Below, in pieces: positions 43,901-64,000 of a stretch of DNA of 64,000 bases (the stretch's first letter is position 1; each line of letters opens with the position of its first letter). Origin of the DNA: Balanoglossus misakiensis (lineage: Eukaryota > Animalia > Hemichordata); assembly GCA_040954595.2 (NCBI GenBank), contig CM082582.2:11089483-11153482 (forward strand), read 5' to 3'. Below the pieces are notes generated by a model. The model searched no databases, was not told the DNA's origin, and saw only the letters and a program-made list of their open reading frames with translations. Both the position numbers and the translations under genes were made by a program.

Positions 43901-44685
43901 TATTTGCACCGCAGCGGTGCAAATAAGAGTTCCATGCACCGCAGCGATCTGACCGTTCTTTATTCACTCCTCGGCGACAAAAACGTTTTATTACGGCCTA
44001 AATAACGACTTTTTCGCTCCTTGTTTGGTCATGCGGACGGAAAGACACGGTTTTAGCGAGTTTATCATCTTTCTCTCTGCTGAGCACTCCGTATTCAGAC
44101 TTGCCCAAGTGAACCGCGACAAAAAAAAATGACCAAGTTTCCCTGCATGTTTCTTATACCTGACAGATAAAAAACGCAGCGTAGATATTGAAATGAATTG
44201 GATTTATGAAAATGATAAAAACTACAATGATAATGTCGTTAAAAGTTCTCACAAAAAAAAAAGAAATAAAAAAAGTGGTCTCGAACCAACATCAGTTGAC
44301 ACCTTCGGGTAAAAGGCTAGCCTTCCTGAACCCTTCGCCATCACGATGTGTACTCGAAAAAGTCGGAAATTTTCCGGACTATATTGCAGCATACTGAATC
44401 CAATGAGCTTATTTGCACCGCAGCGGTGCAAATTCTTATTTGCACCGCAGCGGTGCAAATAAGAGTTCCATGCACCGCAACGATCTGACCGTTCTTTATT
44501 CACTCCTCGGCGACAAAAACGTTTTATTACGGCCTAAATAACTACTTTTGCGCTCCTTGGTTGGTCATGCGGACGGAAAGACACGGTTTTAGCGAGTTTA
44601 TCATCTTTCTCTCTGCTGAGCACTCCGTATTCAGACTTGCCCAAGTGAACCGCGACAAAAAAAATGACCAAGTTTCCCTGCATGT
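37955..44685. repeat. Tandem array (satellite) of a ~535-bp unit, 12 full copies + 1 partial, near-identical
   Basis: Unit starts (TACTCG) at 37955, 38465, 39000, 39535, 40070, 40605, 41138, 41676, 42211, 42746, 43281, 43815, 44351. Confidence 0.98.
38917..39000 (-). ncRNA. Candidate tRNA-derived Pol III small RNA / SINE-head cassette (example copy; one per full unit, 12 copies)
   Basis: Minus strand reads GTGA-TGGCGAAGGG (A-box-like)-TTCAGGAAGGCTAGCCTTTTACCTGAAGGTGTCAACTGATGTT-GGTTCGAGACC (B box)-AC-TTTTTTT (terminator). No expression evidence. Confidence 0.45.
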
Positions 44686-44764
44686 ACGTGATCATTTTTT
44701 GTCGCGGTTCACTTGGGCAAGTCTGAATACGGAGTGATCAAGAGAGAGAAAGATAAACTCGCTA
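44590..44764. repeat. Inverted repeat (fold-back) closing the right end of the array
   Basis: 44692-44764 is the reverse complement of 44590-44667, with a perfect 42-bp core (44621-44662 / 44695-44736). Confidence 0.95.
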
Positions 44765-44928
44765 TTTAAGTATGATAAAATAACAATTAAAACTGTCACC
44801 CCTTATCATTTTACTCTGTATATATTTCTGTATTTAGTTAGCCGTGTACACGCTCCACAGCTGCAGCTGTAAAGTGCAGCTGAACACATGTGCGGACAGT
44901 CCCAGCAGATTACAGACTCCAAAATGCT

Positions 44929-54070
<9,142 letters not shown>

Positions 54071-54124
54071 ATGGACAGACGGATTGGTTTCTCCACCGCT
54101 ACTGAATGATGGAAAATGAACATA

Positions 54125-54445
54125 TAAGGGACTACACAGAAATTACAAAGGGGAGACCTTTTGGGGGAAGGGAGTCCCGCCAGTTTTGCGCAACGAAATT
54201 TTGCGCACTGGTTGAGGGAAGGGTCACAATGTTTGCGCATATAATTGCAGACTGAACATGCAAACAGAGAAAAAACATGATTGACTAAAACTGATCAATC
54301 ACCCGCTTTAAAATCCTGCAAATGCTTTTGTTATTACCCCCATTTTACTGAGCTGGTCTGAGTGATGCGCGTTTTAAACGCAGTTGAAAAAAATACGGGT
54401 CTGTCTAAACTCCCCATACTCGGAGTAATGTTAACACGACCCCTA
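54125..54445. mobile_element. Possible degenerate MITE just upstream of the channel ATG
   Basis: Imperfect terminal inverted repeats: AAGGGACTACACAGAAATTAC on the left versus AGGGGTCGTGTTAACATTAC (reverse complement of the right end). No TSD confirmed. Confidence 0.25.
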
Positions 54446-56912
54446 CAGAAACGTGTATATGTATCCTTTATACCTTTGTATTATGACATTTCAAAAGAAA
54501 TAAAATTAATTCATTTATCCAGTTCACACGCGTTTACTCTTTTCGGGACAATTGATGCAACGATAATAATAGAAAGTTACCTTTCACTAGATAAACATGC
54601 TTACACGTTGTTTGCCAGTTCCAACAATGCCCCATTGTGTTCTAACATATGTCTCTCTCTCCTTTGTTGTTATTTTTGCGGGCTAGTATTGGTCAAATAT
54701 ATTCAAACCCACCAACTTTGATATTTTAGCAAGTACGTTTGAACACTATTTGGAGTGGAATATGGTTGGGATATGTCGACAAATGTGAGAAATGCCAAAC
54801 ATTGTTTTTTTTTCAGTATGCTATTTTAATTTGACGGATGAACCAAGCTCACGATAGGCATGTTGCCATGATATGCAGCATAAGCAGCGAATTTTACGGC
54901 ACAGGCCCTGTGCAGGGCGTGTCACAATCCCATGTTTCACGCCTGCGTCAGAAGAGGAAGCACATCTTAATTATACGTGTACATATAAAGTAAAAATACC
55001 ACATTTTACTGAAAGTAAACACCGACACGCAGGTGTCCTTATACCAGCGTTTTAAAAGCACTTTGATCGTGCATGCAAAGCTCGGATAAACTCAGAAGTT
55101 AAACCCACAATTATACATTCATGTATCCCAATAACAGCCCCATAATTCCGAGGGTTTGGAGGGATTGCGCATATTTCATGGATTACAAGAACTTTGCGCG
55201 TTCGGGTATGTCGAACTTCATTCTTGAAAAAGAGACAGAAACATTTTATTTTAAAGAAATGCTGATACCGAAATGTGGACGTAACAGAGGCCCAAGAAAG
55301 TCGTTAACTCCCAAATAAATTCTCTCGCAATATTCCACGCGACAACTTGTATTAATATACAATACGACCTACCTTTCATGGTGATCTTGCTGCGGTTGTC
55401 CGAAAAGCCAGCTCGCTCGATAAGGTACCAGTTTCCTGCCTCTTGTCGACATACTGGACATATCAAAATGCACAATATTTCAATATTTTCATGGAAAATG
55501 TTGGTAACTTAGCAAGGCGATCCATTACATGATGTGTCGCCGATGGGATGACATCTGACGTTGAGAATACACGAGAACTGAGAGCGTTCTGTGTAACTAG
55601 ACAATTTTCAAGCAAATAAAGCGCCAGCTGCTATTGGTCATTTGCAGGCCCATAAATGATTTTCGGATCCGAAGGGTTGTCTACGGGCGATTTATAATTC
55701 CATGGACCCGTTATTACTACTGGTGACACAAACTGCTAGAAATAGAAACGTTTATGATGAATTACAATAGACTTGGGCTGAATGACCGAGCTGCTCTTCT
55801 AATATATACAGATGTTGCGTCTATGTCCTCCAATTGCTAATGGGAATTTATTTTTAGAGTTTACGTCAAAACAAAAGTTCATATCCTTGCCATGTAAAGT
55901 GATCATACAGTGTCATAAGGGTGTGATACTGTAAAAATACAGTAACCATACGCTTATCCAGGGTTTGAAACGTGCCACGCAAACTGTCATGAGCAGGCCT
56001 CTTGGTCTTTATTCATGAACGCTGTTGGTCGTTTTGCAAAAAATAATACTTCATTTGACGAGGATTTTGTTGCTGGCAGGATCATACACAGTGTGCAAAA
56101 CTGGTACATGGTGTACTCATGTTGCATCACAGCGGGCGCAGTCACTCGTTTCGTTCCATGTCCAGGACTTATATATTCAACAAAAGGACTCCCTTTTCTG
56201 TGAAATACGGGATAAATTTAGACAAATTGCAAAATCTAGGACATGTATATTATATTTAGGGGAGAAAGGGGTCGTATCCAAGTGTGAGACATTGATATGC
56301 ATTTCGATTTGTAATCCAGTTCTGAAAATAGGAGATCCGAACTTTACACGTTTTTTTGTGAGTTTTGAGTAACAGGTAGATTCCTAATCTTTTCGCTGGC
56401 CTGGCTTTTCGAAAAAGCACCACTGTTTCTTGTTTTCAACAAATTTATAAATATGAATATTGATAAATAGAAGGGGACAGCCATACGTCCATGCTGAATT
56501 GTCTTTATGCCACATCCAAGTCAACATTGCTTGTATCGTATTGTACAATTTTAGTGTAACCAGTGGGTATATGCAGGTAGATTACAATAGTGCACACACA
56601 GTGAGTGTGAATAAAATTACACAGGAGACAGGTGTTATAATGTAACTGGTTTTATTCAGAGCTTCAGAATTGAAAGCATAAAAGCCTACATCCACCCTCC
56701 CCCTGTCTGGATTGCCAGTGCTACGCTCCAAGGCCACAGTAAATATGCCTGTATTCAGGCAATGTGCTTATATTCAGGTAAAAAACATAACTTCCAATCC
56801 CTGGTAACTAGGTAAGACATTATCACCATGACACCAACAACAACCAACCGTTGTTGGCTTGGTCAAGTACCATGGTCAAAGCACCCCCAGTCTTGCTAAG
56901 GTATACATGCAC

Positions 56913-58309
56913 TCAGTACTTAGACTTCAGTGAACTGGCTGCCCCAGTGTCCAGGAACCAATGCAGTTCTCCATTAGTCGGTTGTACTCTTGCTGCAGGT
57001 AAGGGATCACTCTCATTGCCCTCCAGTACTCTCTGCAAGAAAGACAAACACACACACTGTTCAGAGTAATGTCAAAGGTTACTTATATCACAAGTGTATT
57101 TGAACGACTTCAAAAAGACTTATTACTGCATTAAATCAAGACAGATAGAAGAGAAATGGTAGCCAATATACCTGTAAAATTTCAGCTTTCCCCGAGCCAC
57201 CAGATACAAACATGGCACATCTTGCCGCATTTACTACAGGTAGTGTTAGTGTAACACGGCATGGGGGTGGTTTCGGTGAGTCTGCTATTGGAGCAACTGT
57301 TACAGATGTTTCCTGTGACATTAACAAACAGAAGAGGACTATGGTTATCAATTCTGTATATCCTATGTGGATTGGCAGGGTCAGCTCACTCTTTTCTAAA
57401 AAGCATGGTCATCACTGGTGTGTAACATATGATATATGGCATCTTCCTTCCATGTGGCTTGTGTGATGTGTTCATGATTATATTACAGTGCATTACGAAT
57501 TGTTTTGCTGGCCTGATTCCGGTGTGGATGTTATGTGATCCCACAGAAAGTTGGGAAGGTGTGCTGGAATGATGTGTTACTTACACAACAGGTGGTGCAC
57601 ATACCTGGAGAAGTTTGTGGCCTGGAAAAAGGGAGCATGTATGGCCATCAGGTCCCATGCCCAGCACCAACAAATCAAACACTGGCAAGTTGTTTTCTGT
57701 GGGAACATTTGCTACTTTCTTGGCGTAGTCTTTGGCTGCGTCTTCTACACTTAATGTTGGATCGATTACAAAGATCTGATCTTCGGGAATGTTTACCTTT
57801 CCAAACATCTGTTCCTGTGAGTGAATGTTGAAAATAGAATAACCATATAGTGACTACTGAAGAAAAGTGTAAACAGTTATTTTCCTGATGTCTCACGCCT
57901 CAGGCCCCGGAATCAATGTTGCGTAACCATAGTGATACATCCAGTAACTTATTTACTGGTTGTATCACTCTGGTTACGCATCATTGATTCACTGCATATG
58001 ATTTTGCTGAGTCATCGTTCACCAACGATGAGGTATGCTACTCACTTTAAAGTATTTGTAAGTGCTGTCGTCGTTGTCGAATGGTACCAATCGTTCGTCA
58101 CAGAAGAACAGTTTCCATTTCCCCCAGTCGATGCCTTCCATTCCAGGCAAACAAGAACACATGAATTTTGCGACACTTCCCCCTGACACGCCCACATTGA
58201 AGACACCGCGTGCATCTATCGCATGCTTGCTCTTCTCAGCAATAAATGCGCAGACTTTTGATGGGAGGTCCTTTTCGTCATCAATGTGAACTTTCTTTTC
58301 TCCCGGCAT
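56913..58309 (-). CDS. PGLS: 6-phosphogluconolactonase
   Basis: Exons 58309-58046, 57814-57605, 57312-57172, 57032-56913. Motifs [64 protein letters not shown]. Confidence 0.95.
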
Positions 58310-59496
58310 GATTAGGTGCTGAAAAATAACCTTTGATGTACACGTTTTACAATCCCAGGCACATAAACCAGGGGTACGTTCCACTATCCAAGGATCACGC
58401 TTGACGTCTGCTAATGTTTACACCCTTTGACCTCACGCCCACCTTTGACCTTTTTATGTGTTAGTAAACCTCAGTCAACATAAATTATTTTAAGTCAGTT
58501 AAGTCTTACCATAAACTAATAAAATAAAACTAGATTCATATATAATGTAATTAAAGCACTCCTTAGAGATAATCAAATAAACATATAAACATCTTTGCGG
58601 AAAAGATTTAGCCAGTTTGAGTTGAAAGCGATTGTCTTTCCGAACGAGGATAATTTGTGCGGGTTGTCAAAACAGTGTATGTTTCCTATGGCGGCGGATA
58701 GCGTGAAAAACTAAATTGTATTAAACCGCATATTTTAATTATATTACAGTTAGTGACATTTCTTGGGCGAATTGTTCAAAACTTCGTATAGAAACGAACA
58801 CCTTATTTATTTTCTGCATACGCAAAGTTATTGATGGGCTCTTCATAAATGTAACGTTGCCAAAAGTGTCGACCTACTTTAGTGTACTGACGCAAGGCGC
58901 ACTGATATTGTGCGGCATTGTCACCATTATTGATCACAACAAAATGGCGAAGAAGAGGTAGTACTGTTGCATACAGTTGGCCGTGTACAATGTGCATCTT
59001 CGAAGAAATTCGTCGTCTTCTGTCTACAGAAATCTCATCTAGTTTCATGTCTTCATGTGGGTAAAGGTGAGTACAAGATGTGATCATCTGAAACGGAGTA
59101 AGTTTAGTTATCGCCTATCACAAAATATTCTGTGAGTGTTCACGTCACGGTCGGCAGAACGGAAGTCAAAGTTGAAGACTGTGTCGGTAGTGGCCAAGAT
59201 CTCTCGGGCTACGATCATAGCATTGCAAATCAAGTAATCTTTAAAAGCCATTGAGCGAAATTTAGTGACGGGATACGAATGTGCCAGCTGTGCGCGCTGA
59301 TCTGACAAATGGCCCATTGTCAACGGTATTGTGTATTTCAATATGTAGTTAGCAGGTACATGTAACTTGCAAGAAATTGATCATGTGATAGAATATTCTT
59401 AACTCTATGAATTAGTGGGGAATTTTACTGTTTTATGATTGTGTTATGTTTCTAGTAATCTATTCTTTATATGCATTTCCCTATGCAGCACTAATC

Positions 59497-62400
59497 ATGA
59501 AGTCCAAAACTAAGAAGAAGCATTCGGATAGTGACAGTATACACTCAGAGGGTGATGGTTCACCGTCGTTTCGTAAAACATCCAGAGAGAATGGGTGGTC
59601 ATGTCCATGGCATCCATTTATGTTTATTGAATGGATATTCATCATTTATTTTTGCCTGATCTACTTTGGGTGCATCGTTCCAGTTTTCCCCTATGAGTGG
59701 CAACCAGCTGGATATATTGTATCCTTTCAACTAATCAGATCATTTCATTGTTGTAACTGATATGATGCGTGTAGGTTTTTGTTTTTTCTTTACTTCCTCC
59801 TCAGTATAGAAGAACATGCATTTTACACTCAGATACAAAAGTAATTTCGCTTAACGTTTCTTCAGATCCCTGGCATCGTCATGTTGTTCCATTTCGTTGT
59901 TCAGTTCATCAGCATTACTATAGACCCTGCAGATCCTGCCACACAAAGGAATAGCAATGATCGTACAGTTCCGCGATTTGACAGAACTAAATATCCTCAT
60001 GTGATAGAGAACTGTCATTGCTACTTGTGTGAAGTAGATGTGTAAGTACTGTGTGTCATTCTCTCTCGCTTACATTCTCTTGAATTATTCTCATAACGAG
60101 TGTAGACCATCTATGGGAATCTTGTTTGTAATTGTATTTATTCTTTTTCCTTTTGTAGGTCTCCAACGTCTAAACATTGTAGTGCGTGCAATAAGTGTGT
60201 GTTAAACTTTGACCACCATTGTAAATGGCTCAATAACTGTGTAGGCAGTAAAAATTACAGGTAAGGGATTCTTCACCAAAGTTGAATCTGCACAACTGCA
60301 TTTTGATTATTTACATTAGTATTACAAAGTAAATACGCGATCAAATCTTCATTTTCAACAATTCAATTTTGTAATCTCTTACAGATTTTTCATTTCAACT
60401 ATTGCCTCTGGTTTAATTGCATCGCTTCTTGTGCTGACTGCAAGTGCGTATGCCGCCATCGTTTACTGGGTGGATCCAAGTCTTCTCTATCCAGACTGCG
60501 TCGGTAGGTTGTCCTGTAGTTGAATTTTAGATCACAGACACATATGGTATTACTGCTGTCACATGTACACAATTTGAAACCAGTATACAGACATCAAACA
60601 CCAGGCATACAGACAACAACAAACACAAGCACATAATTTTCTTGGTCTTGTCCTGTTATTGCAGCCGGAACAACAAGTGTAATAAATGCAGTGACTACAG
60701 GTTCGTCGTACAACTCTACCCTTGCCAGTACTGTGGCTCCAACTGAAACCACCACCTTGCCACCACCATATTGTGATGACCAGACTTGGCTCAGAGATAA
60801 CCTCAAACTATTTACATCTGTCCCAGGACTGGCTTTTTTCATTGTCATGGTCCTCACAGCAGTATTAGCAGTCATCGCTGTTGGTCTTCTTGGTCATTTG
60901 GTGCTTTTCCATTTATATCTCAGTAAGTGTTGTTAAATATGTACTTCTCTTTGTGTCAAGGCAAGTTCTCTGTTTACTTTGAATGGTGTGTCTGAATGAC
61001 TTGCAGAAATCAATAAAATGTTGTGTGAAGAATCATTAGCAACCGTTGAATGCCTTGTAAAACATATGTGACATTCAGGAAGTTGACAAAGAAATTCCCT
61101 GGCACCTGAATTCCAATTGCCTCCTCAACTAAATCTCTGGTATATGATCCAATTTTTTTCATGAGTAGAAATAGATGTGTTGTAACCAACAAGAAATTAA
61201 CATTTCTTCCTTGATGTGAACTTATGTTACAGTTTGCAAAAACTTGACTACGTACGAGTACATTGTCAGGAAGAGGGACGAAGACAAATCCAGGAATGAT
61301 GATGTTGAAACTGGACTTGGTGCCGATGTAGAACCTCCGAAAATGAGGAAAATCAAGGTCAGCAAGAAAATTTTGTGCAGTTGAACTCGCTTTTTCCATT
61401 CTTACGACAGCTTTAGCCACTTTGTTGTTCTTATTGTATGATCTTCATTTTTTATATAACTGTTTTTTTTTATTTCTCATTTCAGAAAAGTCAAGTTGTT
61501 CCTACTAAAGGAGAGCCAAGTTCAAGAGAAGAAATCGAGATGAAGAAAACTGTACCAGATGTGTTCCAGTATGTTGAACATTTAATGAGAAAAATTGCAT
61601 GCCTTGTTTAACAACTTTGCATCCAGCTTTTCTGAAATCCTACCTGTCTCTTCATCTGTCTCCTTTACACATCCATTGCTCACTAGCTTTTATAAACTCA
61701 CCATGATTTCATCAAGATTTGACACCAAACATTGATTCATTCCTAACTAGTGTCCACAACTTCATTCCGGGATTAATGCCAGCTTTAACATTTCCATAGC
61801 ATATAAAGAAATATAAGTAAAGGGGTGGTGTGGTATCCAATGGGCCGATTGTCTTGGTTTTCGGGTTGAATCAGGATTTTTCTGACTCAAACCTAAAGTC
61901 ATTGCTTGTAGAATAAACAGTTCCCATGTATCAATTCATCAATATCCATATCAGCATTAATGAAACTGACAAATTTGTCACTTGCATAGTGTGGCGTACA
62001 TCAAAACTAGCAAACCTGCTACATGTTGGTGTGATAGGCAGGCTTGAAATGCTTTTCCAAGATATACAGCAGTCTGAACCAATCCAAGTAAATTTGGGAA
62101 TAATATCAATAATGAACAAGTCTTGAAATCTTGGTAAAAAAATCTTGGTGCTTATATATTAAGACCAAATAAGTCTCAACGTCCATTTCCATTATTATTG
62201 GATATGTACTGTAGTCCACAACATTCTATTCTGAAGTAATCCTATTGTATATGCTTGTAAATATGTTACTAACTTTGTAGCCCTATTCTGACTAGACTGT
62301 ACATCACTGCACTGGTAGAACTCTCTCAACCTGCTTGCTATGAGTATCTCAATACTTAACCTTGTTTTTTTGTACCTTGTTTTTTTTGTGGTTGCACCGG

Positions 62401-64000
62401 TGTAACTTGTTGATGTACATGTCTATTTTTTTTGTGTGTGTCTTTGTTTCAATGTACACCTGTAGGACTGATGAAACTGTGAATGTAGATTGTCACAGTC
62501 CCAGACACTGAGGATAACCCATTAACAGGATCTATTAGGTACTTTCTATTATGCTATGGTTGCCAGTAATTGCTTGTTGCTAAAAAATATTGCGAAAAAT
62601 GTAATTTTTCCGATCCTCTGGGACTGCTCATGTGTCTGCCTCTGAGCATTATTTTATTGTGGTCATATTGAATGGTATCATTGTTCTCAGACACTGTTTA
62701 AAAAGGTTGCACTGAAGTATTTTAGGACCTTACAGAAAAACCATCTGCTATGCAGAAATGCTGAAAGGGGACTTGACATCTGATATGTAATAAAAAATAG
62801 CAAGGGTAGCGTTTTACATCACAAAGGCAAATGGCTATGGGCTTCTATTGGTCAAAAAGGGAGACTCAAAAATTCCACACAGTATCTCTGAGTTGAAAGC
62901 TGTATAAGCAAACTGATATGGAGACAGTATCACACTAATTGTTAAGTATTTCTTCAGTAAATGTGAACCACTTGCACTGCATGTGACCAGAGACAGCAAA
63001 TCAAAGAAATAGGCACTCAGGTTTTAACCAAAAAAGCGCATAAACTTATTTGTTGCCAGGTGATTACCCGCACTTTCTACATATGTATGCTAGAGAAATG
63101 TTGATTCTGGAATTTCCCATACTGGACTAAAATTTGTTGTGTGTGTCTGTGGTTATATTTCCACAGAACCCAGAAACTAGAGGATACAGCAGACACCCTT
63201 GATTACAAAAATTATGAGCGTGCTTTAGAAGAGCAGGAGAAATCAACACAACCAGAAAAAGATAATGGAAATGATGCAAAAAGTGACACTGAAACAAAAG
63301 AAGAAGACAAATCCCAAGCAGCTGGTGCAGCAGCGGTGGCAGAAACAAAAACCAAGAAAAAGAAAGGCAAGAAGAAGAAGAAAGGAAGAAAGCGACGGTC
63401 GTCGTTGCCGTCTGATAGGACACCACTGACAAATATGGAGGAGCCTTGGGGACCACACTACTCCACTCAGCTGAACCTTTCAAGTAGTCTACCTCAGTCT
63501 GAATTGGAGCACCAAATGAGATACAAACCGTATGGAATACCACCTGGTAAATACAGATGAAACATGACTATCTGAATATTTAGACACAATTGTTACCGCA
63601 CTACATGTATGTGTATAATATTGCATCAAATGTTCCTGTAAAATAAAATGCTTTAATTTCCTTTCACTCTCAGGTGCAGGCGGGCTGAATTATACTCCAC
63701 GTGGCTACCAACCAATGCCGATAATGTCTCATCCGACATACACCCAACCACCACCACGACCACAACCACCACCTCCTCCGGCGATAAACATCGCCCCGGC
63801 CGGACCCGCTGCCGACTATCATTCCTCCTCGGCCGAATCTCTGCATGAAATCCCCGTCAGTCAGATAAGACAAGCTCCATCGGTATCCACCAGCATGAAT
63901 GCCAGTCCCCGGTATCAACCGAATGCCAGCCCCGGGTATCAGCCGAATGCCAGCCCCGGGTATCAACCGAACAGCAACCCCGGGTACCACCCGAACCACT
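59497..64000 (+). CDS. ZDHHC1: Palmitoyltransferase ZDHHC1-like, continues beyond the right edge
   Basis: Motifs [57 protein letters not shown] (DHHC), [18 protein letters not shown], and C-terminal [14 protein letters not shown] as in ZDHHC1. Exons approx. 59497-59718, 59866-60041, 60159-60260, 60385-60503, 60665-60922, 61232-61357, 61486-61568, 63167-63546, 63674-end. Confidence 0.9.
59719..59865 (+). other. U12-type (minor spliceosome) GT-AG intron in ZDHHC1
   Basis: Donor GTATCCTTT; branch-site-like TCGCTTAAC ~10 nt before the AG; reading frame preserved (AGYI|IPGIV). Confidence 0.85.
63898..63996 (+). repeat. 24-bp coding tandem repeat (NASPGYQP-like x4)
   Basis: AATGCCAGCCCCGGGTATCAACCG-type units, in frame with the ZDHHC1 tail. 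Confidence 0.85.

Noticed and set aside
37955-44685. CRISPR array, or repeated small protein genes (60-115 aa ORFs) in the tandem array
   Set aside because: Units are near-identical with no unique spacers and no cas genes, in a eukaryotic context. The ORFs are frameshifted between copies by homopolymer length changes.
54362-56645. Short ORFs between the channel gene and PGLS
   Set aside because: No coding signature; likely promoter/intergenic sequence with decayed repeats.

Overview
Eukaryotic, intron-rich, AT-rich animal genomic DNA. The gene set and style suggest an invertebrate deuterostome such as a hemichordate (inference only). Genes left to right: 5' end of an SVEP1-like VWA/EGF gene (-, runs off the left edge); intronless B4GALNT1/2-like glycosyltransferase (+); CARMIL/LRRC16 (-, ~21 kb) head-to-head with COQ9 (+); single-exon SOCS6 (-); a 6.7-kb tandem array of a ~535-bp unit; a 26-exon DEG/ENaC channel gene (-); PGLS (-) head-to-head with ZDHHC1 (+, runs off the right edge). 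There are two main highlights. (1) The DEG/ENaC subunit, spliced by hand to ~1262 aa with consistent exon phases, carries a ~690-aa insertion of 8 LDLa and 3 CUB modules in its finger domain, suggesting a receptor-crowned ion channel. (2) Each complete unit of the adjacent array holds a tRNA-like Pol III cassette (A box, B box, T7 terminator) and perfect palindromes. The array ends in a fold-back hairpin and is wedged between the channel's 3' end and the SOCS6 promoter. Also seen: a U12-type intron (ZDHHC1), a GC-AG intron (CARMIL) and a (TCA)43 YCAY tract at the acceptor of an LDLa exon. All exon coordinates are manual and were not checked against transcripts.
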